A stretch of 64,000 nucleotides of DNA. Origin: Longimicrobiales bacterium (GTDB taxonomy: Bacteria; Gemmatimonadota; Gemmatimonadetes; Longimicrobiales; Gaopeijiaceae). The stretch is from contig OZ241869.1 of the NCBI GenBank assembly GCA_965202805.1, forward strand, positions 768,001 to 832,000, read 5' to 3'. Below the pieces are notes generated by a model that made no database searches, was not told the DNA's origin, and saw nothing but the letters and a program-made list of their open reading frames with translations. Shown in pieces: positions 18,428-28,380 of this stretch. The translations under genes were made by a program, and so were the position numbers. Every line of letters starts with the position of its first letter. Position 1 is the stretch's first letter.

Positions 18428-20701
18428 GTGGATCATCTGGAGGGACTGAACCCCCGGCAGCGGGACGCCGTGCTCCATTTCGAGGGGCCTCTCCTGGTGC
18501 TCGCCGGCGCCGGAACCGGAAAGACCCGGACGCTCACCTGCCGGATCGCCCACCTGGTGCGCGAGCACGGCGTGCCGCCGCACCGAATCCTCGCCGTGAC
18601 CTTCACGAACAAGGCGGCGGGGGAGATGCGGGAGCGCGTCGCCGGCTATCTGGGGGAGGAGCCCCGTGGCATGTGGCTCGGCACCTTCCATGCCCTCGGT
18701 GCCCGTCTTCTGCGAATCCATGCGGCGGAAGTCGGCCGGTCGGCCCCGTTCACGATCTTTGACGCCGAGCAGAGCCTGAACCAGGTCAAGCGGGCCCAGA
18801 AGACCGTACGGGTCAACCCGGACCGATGGAATCCGCGAACGGTGCAGGGTGTCATCAGCTCCGCCAAGAACGTGCTCGTCGGCCCGCAGCGGTTTCATGA
18901 CGAGAACGCAGGCGGGTCCGACCCGCTGGCAGCGGTCGCGGCGGCGGTGTACCCCGAGTACCAGGCCGCGCTGGCGCGCCAGAACGCCTTCGATTTCGAC
19001 GACCTGCTGATGAAGCCGGTGGAGCTGTTCGAGTCGCATCCGGACCTCCTGCACCGGTACTCCGACCGCTTCGCGTTCCTGCTGGTGGACGAATACCAGG
19101 ACACGAACCATGCCCAGTTCCGGCTGCTGGACCTGCTGGCCCGGTGCCACGGCAACCTCATGGTCGTGGGCGACGACGATCAGAGCATCTATGGATGGCG
19201 GGGAGCCGACATCCGCAACATCCTCCAGTTCGAGTCGGTCTTTCCCCGCGCTCGCGTCGTCCGGCTCGAGCGCAACTACCGGTCCACGGGGCACGTCCTC
19301 CACGCGGCCAACGCCGCCATCTCCCACAACGTGGCCCGCAAGGAGAAGACGCTGCACACGCGCCGTCCGGACGGCGAGTTGCTGTGCGTTCTGCGCACCG
19401 CGACCGAGACCGACGAGGCGCGCTGCATCGCCGACGAGACCGAGTCGCTGATGCAGGCCAGCGGATGGCCCTACAGGAGTTTCGCCGTCCTCTACCGCAC
19501 CAACGCCCAGTCGCGCGCGCTCGAAGAAGAGTTGATGCGGCGCTTCATCCCCTACCAGATCGTCGGCGGCGTGCGCTTCTATGAGAGACGCGAGATCCGG
19601 GATCTGCTGGCCTATCTGCGGCTGGTTTCCAATCCACGGGACGAAGAGGCCTTCAATCGCATCGTCAACTATCCGAAACGCGGAATCGGCACGATAACGC
19701 GAAGCCGGCTGAGGGCATGGGCGCGGGAACGCGGGATGGCGCTGCTCGAGGCTGCCGCGGAAGCGCATGCGGTCGACGCCATCCGACCGTCGACCGCCCG
19801 TGCGTTGCGGCGCTTCGCGCGCATGATCGGTCGCTGGCGCTCGCTCGCCCGGGAACGCAACGCGGGAGAGGTCACGGAGGCGGTGGTCACCGAGCTGGAC
19901 GTGCGCGAGCTGCTGCGCAGGGAAGGCCCGGAGGGCGAAGACAGGGCTGCGAACGTGACGGAGTTGATCGTCGCCGCTTTCCGCTTCGACCCCTCGGAGC
20001 ACGATCTGGGAGAAGAGGAAGAGACCGCGGGGGCCAGCGAACTCGACCTGTTCCTTCAGCACACCGCCCTGGTCACGGGCATCGACGCCCACGACCACGG
20101 AGCCGACGCGGTCACCCTCATGACGCTGCACAGCGCAAAAGGGCTCGAGTTTCCCTGCGTTTTTCTCACCGGGATGGAGGAAGGACTGTTTCCGCTGTCG
20201 CGGGCACTGGAGCTGCCCGAGGAGTTGGAGGAGGAACGGAGGCTTTTCTACGTGGGCATCACGCGGGCCGAGGAAAAACTCTATCTCAGCCATGCGGCAC
20301 GACGGTGGCGGGCCGGCGAGGCGATGAACTCAAGGCCTTCGTCGTTCCTCGACACGATCCCCGACCGACTGCTGGAATACCGGCGCTCCTCGCAACTGCA
20401 GGCGTCGCGCCGTCCCTACCGCCGGAGCGGCGGATACCGGGAGGGCAGGGGCGGATATGGTCGCCGGTCGTACCGGGTTGAAGCGTATCCGGACCCGGAC
20501 CCGGCCGGATACGACGATCTGAACCAGGACGCTCCCCGCTACCGGCAGGGGGAACGCGTGGTTCACGGGACCTTCGGCTTCGGATCGATCCTGGACACCT
20601 CGGGTTTCGGTCCGGATCTCAGGGTGACGGTGGATTTCGACGACGTGGGGAAAAAGAAGCTGGTCGTTCGTTTCGCGGGTCTGGAGAGGGCGTTCGAGTG
20701 A
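18428..20701 (+). CDS. pcrA: UvrD/PcrA family DNA helicase
   Basis: LAGAGTGKT, TFTNKAA, VDEYQDTN, VGDDDQSIYGWRGA, NYRS, TLHSAKGLEF, EEERRLFYVGITRA; C-terminal Tudor-like segment. Confidence 0.95.
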   Translation: MDHLEGLNPRQRDAVLHFEGPLLVLAGAGTGKTRTLTCRIAHLVREHGVPPHRILAVTFTNKAAGEMRERVAGYLGEEPRGMWLGTFHALGARLLRIHAAEVGRSAPFTIFDAEQSLNQVKRAQKTVRVNPDRWNPRTVQGVISSAKNVLVGPQRFHDENAGGSDPLAAVAAAVYPEYQAALARQNAFDFDDLLMKPVELFESHPDLLHRYSDRFAFLLVDEYQDTNHAQFRLLDLLARCHGNLMVVGDDDQSIYGWRGADIRNILQFESVFPRARVVRLERNYRSTGHVLHAANAAISHNVARKEKTLHTRRPDGELLCVLRTATETDEARCIADETESLMQASGWPYRSFAVLYRTNAQSRALEEELMRRFIPYQIVGGVRFYERREIRDLLAYLRLVSNPRDEEAFNRIVNYPKRGIGTITRSRLRAWARERGMALLEAAAEAHAVDAIRPSTARALRRFARMIGRWRSLARERNAGEVTEAVVTELDVRELLRREGPEGEDRAANVTELIVAAFRFDPSEHDLGEEEETAGASELDLFLQHTALVTGIDAHDHGADAVTLMTLHSAKGLEFPCVFLTGMEEGLFPLSRALELPEELEEERRLFYVGITRAEEKLYLSHAARRWRAGEAMNSRPSSFLDTIPDRLLEYRRSSQLQASRRPYRRSGGYREGRGGYGRRSYRVEAYPDPDPAGYDDLNQDAPRYRQGERVVHGTFGFGSILDTSGFGPDLRVTVDFDDVGKKKLVVRFAGLERAFE

Positions 20702-21086
20702 GCAAGCCGCGTGTGCCGGAGCCGGGCGTGACCGTAACCATTCAGGAGATTCACCGGATTGCGGCGCTCGCGCATCTGCGTCTCGAGCAAGGGGAAGCAG
20801 AGCGCATGGCACGCGACATGAGCTCGATCCTGGAGCACATGGCGGTGCTGGGTGGGGTCGCGCTGGAGCCGTCCCCGGCGTCCGGCGTTCGGCGGACCGG
20901 GGATTCCGCGTCGCCCGGCCGGAAGGTCTCCGCCGGGACAGGCCCTTCGGCCGAAGCGGATGGGACGTTGCCCGATCCGCTCGAGCGACCGCTCTCGAGC
21001 ATGGCTCCCGACTGGCGGGACGGCTTCTTCGTCGTCCCCCGGCTTCCAGGGGTGGCGGGTGCGTCCGGCGAACGGGATGACTCGCC

Positions 21087-21090
<4 letters not shown>
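20698..21090 (+). CDS. gatC: Asp/Glu-tRNA amidotransferase subunit C
   Basis: [12 protein letters not shown]...ILEHMAVL...[13 protein letters not shown]; precedes gatA. Start may be GTG 20728. Confidence 0.88.
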
Positions 21091-22540
<1,450 letters not shown>

Positions 22541-22544
<4 letters not shown>

Positions 22545-23980
22545 GCGGTCCGCCGCTGGAATCCGTAATCGGCCTCGAGGTCCACGTTCAGCTGAACACC
22601 GGCCGCAAGCTGTTCTGCGGGGATTCGACCGCCTTCGGGGCGCCTCCCAATACGGCGGTGTGCCCGGTCTGCCTTGGGCTGCCCGGCGCGCTCCCCGTGC
22701 TCGACCCGCGAGCCGTCGATCTTGCGCTCCAGGCGGCGCTCGCGCTGGACTGCACCATCCACCGCACCTCCGTCTTCGCTCGCAAGAACTACTTCTATCC
22801 CGACCTGCCCAAGGGGTATCAGATATCCCAGTTCGAACGTCCCCTGGCCACCGGAGGTGCCGTGGAGCTGGACAGCGGGCGGAGGGTGCGGATCCGTCGG
22901 GTGCACATGGAGGAGGACGCCGGCAAGTCGCTCCACGATCGCTTTCCCTCCGCGACCGCGGTCGACCTCAACCGGACCGGGACGCCTCTGATCGAGATCG
23001 TCTCCGAGCCCGATCTGCGCTCTCCCGGAGAAGCGCGCTCCTGTCTCCAGTTCCTCAAGCTGTTGATGGAGTACCTGGAGATCTCCGATTGCAACATGGA
23101 AGAGGGCAGCCTGCGCGTGGACGCGAACGTGTCCCTGCGCGAGAAGGGAAGCGAGCGCCTCGAGGCCAGCACGGAGGTCAAGAACCTCAACAGCTTCTCG
23201 GCCGTGGAAAAGGCGCTCCGCGTCGAAATCGGGCGCCAGACCCGGATTCGCGCCCGAGGAGCTGCCGTGACCCGCCAGACGCTGCTCTGGGATGCCGCGG
23301 CGGGCGACGTGCGGGTAATGCGGGACAAGGAGGACAGCCAGGACTACCGCTACTTCCCCGATCCCGACCTGCCGCCTCTCGTCCTCTCGGCCCGGCGCGT
23401 AGCATCGCTCCGGACGGGCCTGGGGGAGTTGCCGCGGGCAAAGCGCGAGCGCTTCCGACGGCAGTACGAATTGCCCGCCTACGACGCCGGGGTGCTTACC
23501 TCGTCGCGTGCGCTCGCGGACTACTTCGAGGCGGTGGTGGCGTGCGGAGGTCAGCCCAAGACAGCGTCCAACTGGGTGATGGGGCCGGTTCTCAAGACCG
23601 TGAAGCGAGGGATCGGCCACCTGGCCTCTCCGGGGCTGGCACCCGGGCGTCTCGCCGAGCTGATCGCACTGGTCGACGGCGGGACGCTCTCGGCACCGGC
23701 CGCCAGAACCGTCCTCGCCGGCATGGCGCGCACCGGCGACCCGCCCGGAGCCATCGTGCGGCGGGAAGGGCTCACGCAGGTTCGCGAAGACCAGGTGCTG
23801 GAGAGGTGGGTGGCGGACGCGGTGGCGGCGCATCCGGAGGAAGTCGCCCGCTACCGCGGAGGAGAGACCCGGCTCCTCGGCTTTCTGATCGGCCAGGTCA
23901 TGCGCGCCTCCGGACGCAAGGCGGACCCGCGCCGGGTGAACCAGCTGCTGCGCGCCGCGCTGGACGCCGATGCCGATTGA
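22541..23980 (+). CDS. gatB: Asp/Glu-tRNA amidotransferase subunit B
   Basis: [51 protein letters not shown]. Confidence 0.97.
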
Positions 23981-24031
23981 GGCGTCCGGAATCCCGCCCG
24001 CCCTTCCCGGTCTCCCGGTCCGTGCCTGCCG

Positions 24032-24673
24032 CTATCCGGCCTCCGCGGGCGGCTCGCGCCCGTCATCCGGACGACGGGCGTCGAGGGCAGGGCGACCTTC
24101 GGCGTGGGCTGCGTCCGCCGACGCTTCTCCGTCCAGCGAGCGCGCGGAAGGTTCGGCTTCCCGCCTGTTCTCGAAGGCACGCGCACCGGCGCCCACCCCG
24201 CGAAGGGCGGCAGCCGTCGTCAGAAACGTCTCCTCGGCCTCGGCCTGCGCCACCTCCAGCAACGCGTTGAACTCATCGATGCGGGTCTCCATGTGCGTCG
24301 AGGCCTGCCGCAGCCGGTCGGACAGCGCCCGCACGGAACCGGTCAGGTGCCGGGCTTCGTCGCGCAGCGAACGGGTGATGTCGTCCACATTGTCGGCGAT
24401 GCCGGCGGCCCGTTCGAGCACCGGCCGGCTCCGGTGCTCCATCTGGCGCGCGATGTCGGTGAGCCGGCGCCCGTGCATGTCCAGGCGCCAGAGGAACACC
24501 AGAAGCGCCGCGGCACCGACGGCGGCCAGCACCACGAGGGCCAGGAGCCCCCACTCGCTGACATCCGCGATCCCGGAAGGAGCGACCATGACCAGAACCG
24601 TGTCGCGCGCCGGTTCCTGCCCCGACATGCCGGTGGATGGCATGACCGATATCGTCCAAATCGTTGAAATCAT
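24032..24673 (-). CDS. Hypothetical membrane-anchored coiled-coil protein (DUF948-like)
   Basis: One TM segment followed by a heptad-rich helix (IADNVDDITRSLR...IDEFNALLEVAQAEAEETF). Start uncertain. Confidence 0.65.
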   Translation of the reverse strand: MISTIWTISVMPSTGMSGQEPARDTVLVMVAPSGIADVSEWGLLALVVLAAVGAAALLVFLWRLDMHGRRLTDIARQMEHRSRPVLERAAGIADNVDDITRSLRDEARHLTGSVRALSDRLRQASTHMETRIDEFNALLEVAQAEAEETFLTTAAALRGVGAGARAFENRREAEPSARSLDGEASADAAHAEGRPALDARRPDDGREPPAEAG

Positions 24674-24867
24674 CGTATGACCGGGAACGGCAATGAAGCC
24701 GAGAAAATCGGCGAAGCTTCTTCGGGAAGCGCCGCGCCGAAGCGTGCATCTAACGTATTGACAACAACTTGTAGAATCATGTGTTCTCCAACATTAGCGC
24801 ATCCCCGGCTCGCGCTGCAAGAACCTCCATGCACGTCCTGATCCCGCTGGCCGGGGCGACGGCGACG

Positions 24868-24876
24868 TGGTATTAT
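24868..24876 (+). promoter_or_regulatory. Extended -10 element upstream of murA
   Basis: TG-g-TATTAT about 105 bp before the murA ATG. Confidence 0.4.
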
Positions 24877-24982
24877 GGCGCGGCAAAGGGAGCGGCGGCC
24901 TGACAGCCGATGGCCTGTCAGGAGTCCGGCGCCGGCCGGGCCCCTGGCGGTTCCCCCCAATCCAATCTTCCAACCCCACCTC

Positions 24983-26260
24983 ATGGCACACTTCCTGGTC
25001 GAAGGCGGCCACTCCCTCAGCGGGACCATAAGGCCGGCAGGAAACAAGAACGCGGCTCTTCCCGCCCTTGCGGCGACGCTTCTGGCGACAGAGCCGGTCA
25101 CCCTGGAGAACGTACCCCGCATCAAGGATGTGGAGGCGTTGGCGTCGATCCTGCAGGCCCTGGGCGCGGAAGTGTCCTGGGAGGGGCCCAACGTGGTGAC
25201 CGTGGATGCCGGACAGGTCAGCGACGTCCGTCCTCCGCGCGCGCTCGCTGAGCGCATCCGCGCCTCCATTCTGCTGGCGGGTCCGTTGCTTGCGCGCTTC
25301 GGACGCGTGCTTCTTCCTCCTCCCGGGGGTGACGTGATCGGCCGGCGTCGCCTGGACACCCACTTCATGGCGCTCGCCGCGTTGGGGGGAGCGACCCGTC
25401 TGGGCAGGGAATTCGAGATCCATGCGTCCAGGCTGGAGGGCGCTTCGATGTTCCTGGACGAGCCTTCGGTGACCGGCACCGAGAACGCCGTGATGGCGGC
25501 CACGCTCGCCAGTGGCCGCACCCGGATTCGAAACGCGGCGGCCGAGCCGCACGTCCAGGACTTGTGCCACCTGCTGAACGCGATGGGCGCGCGCATCCGC
25601 GGGATCGGCACCCACGTTCTCGATATCGAGGGCGTCGGAGAGCTGGGCGGAGCCCGATACCGAATCGGCGCCGACCACATCGAAATCGGTTCCTTCATCG
25701 GCCTTGCGGCGGTGACGCGAAGCAACCTGGTCATCGAGGATGTCCCGATCGAGCATCTGGATGCGACCTTGCTGGGCTTCCGGCGTCTTGGCGTCGAGTG
25801 CGAGCCTGATGGCGGGTCGCTGGTCGTCAGGGGCGATCGCGAGCCGCACATCCGAGCGGACGCCTTCGGGCATGTTCCCAAGATCGACGACGGGCCCTGG
25901 CCGGCGTTCCCCGCCGACCTCACGTCGATCGCGCTGGTCACGGCCACGCAGTGCCACGGCACCGTGCTGGTGTACGAGAAGATGTTCGAGTCGCGCATGT
26001 TCTTCACCGACAAGCTGGTCTCCATGGGGGCGCAGATCATCCTCTGCGACCCGCATCGAGCGGTCGTGGTCGGCCCGGCGCAGCTGCGGGGCGGACGCCT
26101 CGAGAGCCCCGACATTCGCGCGGGCATGGCCATCCTGCTGGCGGCTCTGGCTGCCAGGGGAACCAGCGAGATCCACAACATCGCCCAGATCGAACGCGGC
26201 TATCAGCGGATCGACGAACGCCTGCGCCGACTCGGAGCGCACATCGAGCGGGTGGACTGA
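24983..26260 (+). CDS. murA: UDP-N-acetylglucosamine 1-carboxyvinyltransferase (Asp-type)
   Basis: GNKNAALP, RASILLAGPLLARFG, PGGDVIGRRRLDTH, SVTGTEN, AAEPHV, DIRAG, IERGY. Confidence 0.96.
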   Translation: MAHFLVEGGHSLSGTIRPAGNKNAALPALAATLLATEPVTLENVPRIKDVEALASILQALGAEVSWEGPNVVTVDAGQVSDVRPPRALAERIRASILLAGPLLARFGRVLLPPPGGDVIGRRRLDTHFMALAALGGATRLGREFEIHASRLEGASMFLDEPSVTGTENAVMAATLASGRTRIRNAAAEPHVQDLCHLLNAMGARIRGIGTHVLDIEGVGELGGARYRIGADHIEIGSFIGLAAVTRSNLVIEDVPIEHLDATLLGFRRLGVECEPDGGSLVVRGDREPHIRADAFGHVPKIDDGPWPAFPADLTSIALVTATQCHGTVLVYEKMFESRMFFTDKLVSMGAQIILCDPHRAVVVGPAQLRGGRLESPDIRAGMAILLAALAARGTSEIHNIAQIERGYQRIDERLRRLGAHIERVD

Positions 26261-26393
26261 TGGTCCGCGGACAAATCCGCGAATGCCCGGAAGGAGTTCG
26301 TCCGCGGGCTGCCGGCAACCAGCCATCACCGGTGTTGGGCGCAGCGATGCGGGACCCGGCTGACACACGACACCACGGGCAGGGAGGGATACC

Positions 26394-26714
26394 GTGAAGA
26401 AAAAGGGAGGCGACGGAGAGCGTCGCAGGAGAAGGGGGATTCGCGAGGGACTGAGCCAGGGACTCGGTTTTCTCTCGGCGCTCAGAGACGCCATTGAGGA
26501 GACGCTGGCCGAGACCCGCGAGCAGAGCGGGCCGAACGCCGAAGCGGCGCGCGATGCGCTGAAAGGTGCGTTGTCCCGGGCGCAGGCGGCAGCCGAGACC
26601 GCCCGAGACCGCCTGGATTTCGTGACCCGTCGTGAAATGGACCAGCTGCTGGAGGCGGTCGAGGGTCTCGCGGCCAGGATCGAACGCCTGGAGCGGAGAG
26701 ACCCGACCGAGTGA
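26394..26714 (+). CDS. Small hypothetical coiled-coil protein (phasin/UbiK-like C-terminus)
   Basis: GGGAGG RBS plus GTG; C-terminal LDFVTRREMDQL...LAARIERLE. Confidence 0.65.
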   Translation: MKKKGGDGERRRRRGIREGLSQGLGFLSALRDAIEETLAETREQSGPNAEAARDALKGALSRAQAAAETARDRLDFVTRREMDQLLEAVEGLAARIERLERRDPTE

Positions 26715-26758
26715 CCGGACACGCGCCCGGCTGAAGCCGCGCGGCCGACCGGGAAGCC

Positions 26759-26787
26759 TTGAACGGGGGTGGACAAACCCTTATTGT
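26759..26787 (+). promoter_or_regulatory. Sigma70-type promoter of the nusA-infB operon
   Basis: TTGAAC-17 bp-TATTGT. Confidence 0.65.
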
Positions 26788-26824
26788 TCAGGGTCCGGGC
26801 GGGTCGTCGGCCGACGACCTTGAG

Positions 26825-26855
26825 AGTGGGGAGCCAGTGGCCCCCGCTTTTTTTT
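26825..26855 (+). terminator. Intrinsic terminator/attenuator in the nusA operon leader
   Basis: AGTGGGG-a-GCC-agt-GGC-CCCCGCT hairpin ending in a T8 run, between the promoter and nusA. Confidence 0.8.
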
Positions 26856-26961
26856 ACCCGGCAAACCGGGGGGCACCGCATCGCGCGGCCGCCCGTGACA
26901 TGATCCCGATTGCACGGGACGGGCGGACGGGCCGCGTGTTTCGGCAGGGCGAACGGAGTCG

Positions 26962-28320
26962 ATGATAGCGAACTCGGGCCAGATAATCGCGGCATTCCGT
27001 GACATGGCCGCCACCAAGAACCTGTCCGTGGATGAACTCAACGAGTTGATCCAGGACGGCATCATGGCCGGCCTCGCACGCATCCACGGGCCCAACGTGC
27101 GTGCGGAGATCGACGTCGACGACATGAGCGGCGCGATCGATATCGTCGTTCTCAAGCAGGTTGTGGAGCAGGTCGAGGACGGTTCCGCGGAGATTTCCCT
27201 GGAGGAGGCCCGCTGGGACGACGAGGACTTCGAGGTCGGAGACCTCATGGAGATCCCCATGGACTTCTCCGAGTTCGGACGCAATGCGGTAATGGCGACC
27301 AAGCAGCGCATCGTCCAGCGTATCCGCGAGAACGAGCGCGACCGGATTCGGGAGGAGTTCGCGGACCGGGTCGGCGAGCTGCTTTCGGGTGACGTGCAGC
27401 AGATCGAGCGAGGCAAGGTGGTGGTGATGCTGAACCTCGCCAAGGATGCGGACGCCATCATCCCCTGGAAGGAGCAGAACCCCCGGGAGCGTTTCCGTCA
27501 GGGCGACCCGATTCGCGCGGTGTTGAAGAAGATCGAGGAGTCGCCCAAGGGGCCTCGGCTCATACTGTCGCGCGCGGATCCCGTCTTCGTCGAATCCCTC
27601 TTCAGGCTCGAGGTGCCGGAGATCTACCAGGGCATCGTCGATATCCGGGAGAAGGCCAGGGAGGTCGGCGGCAGAACCAAGATCGCGGTCTCGTCGCGCG
27701 ACGAGTCCATCGATCCGGTGGGCGCTTGCGTCGGGTTGAAGGGGTCCCGCGTCCAGGCCGTGGTTTCCGAGCTGGGGGGCGAACGCATCGACATCGTGCC
27801 CTGGCATCCCGATCCCGAAGTATTCGCGCGCAGAGCACTGGCGCCTGCCCGGGTTGCCAAGGTCATCAGCAACTACGACACCCAGGTGATCACCGCCATC
27901 GTGGACGAGGATCAGTTGTCATTGGCGATCGGCCGCAATGGACAGAACGTTCGCCTGGCATCGCAGCTCATCGGGTGGCAGATCGATCTCTACGGCTCTC
28001 GCGAGTGGCTTGAACGGGGAGCGGACACCGCCATCTTCCCGGATCCCGAGGAGAACTACGAGACGTCCGATTTTCCACTCGCGGAGCTGGAGTTGCCCCA
28101 CGATGCGCTCGATGCGCTGGGAGGGGCCGGATACACCACGTTCCTCCAGATCATTAACCTTGACAGGGGAGAGTTCCTGGCGATACCGGGACTCTCGATC
28201 GATGCCGTAGACCAGATCGTCGCTCTGATCGACGAGTTGACCGTGATCGAGGGCGAAGAAGACGCGCAACCCGAAGCTATGCCGGACGGAGAGCACACAG
28301 ACGGATCAGGAGCCAGGTAG
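26962..28320 (+). CDS. nusA: Transcription termination factor NusA
   Basis: FGRNAVMATKQRIVQ, S1 domain, RTKIAV, DPVGACVGLKGSRVQAV, LSLAIGRNGQNVRLA; acidic C-terminal segment. Confidence 0.97.
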   Translation: MIANSGQIIAAFRDMAATKNLSVDELNELIQDGIMAGLARIHGPNVRAEIDVDDMSGAIDIVVLKQVVEQVEDGSAEISLEEARWDDEDFEVGDLMEIPMDFSEFGRNAVMATKQRIVQRIRENERDRIREEFADRVGELLSGDVQQIERGKVVVMLNLAKDADAIIPWKEQNPRERFRQGDPIRAVLKKIEESPKGPRLILSRADPVFVESLFRLEVPEIYQGIVDIREKAREVGGRTKIAVSSRDESIDPVGACVGLKGSRVQAVVSELGGERIDIVPWHPDPEVFARRALAPARVAKVISNYDTQVITAIVDEDQLSLAIGRNGQNVRLASQLIGWQIDLYGSREWLERGADTAIFPDPEENYETSDFPLAELELPHDALDALGGAGYTTFLQIINLDRGEFLAIPGLSIDAVDQIVALIDELTVIEGEEDAQPEAMPDGEHTDGSGAR

Positions 28321-28380
28321 CCGGCACAGCCGGTTTCGGTTGCCGGGCCAGAAGGCCAACCAGGGAGGAAGTCCAGGGGC

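Noticed and set aside
24758..24777. TTGACA...TAGAAT as a sigma70 promoter
   Set aside because: The hexamers are only 8 bp apart.
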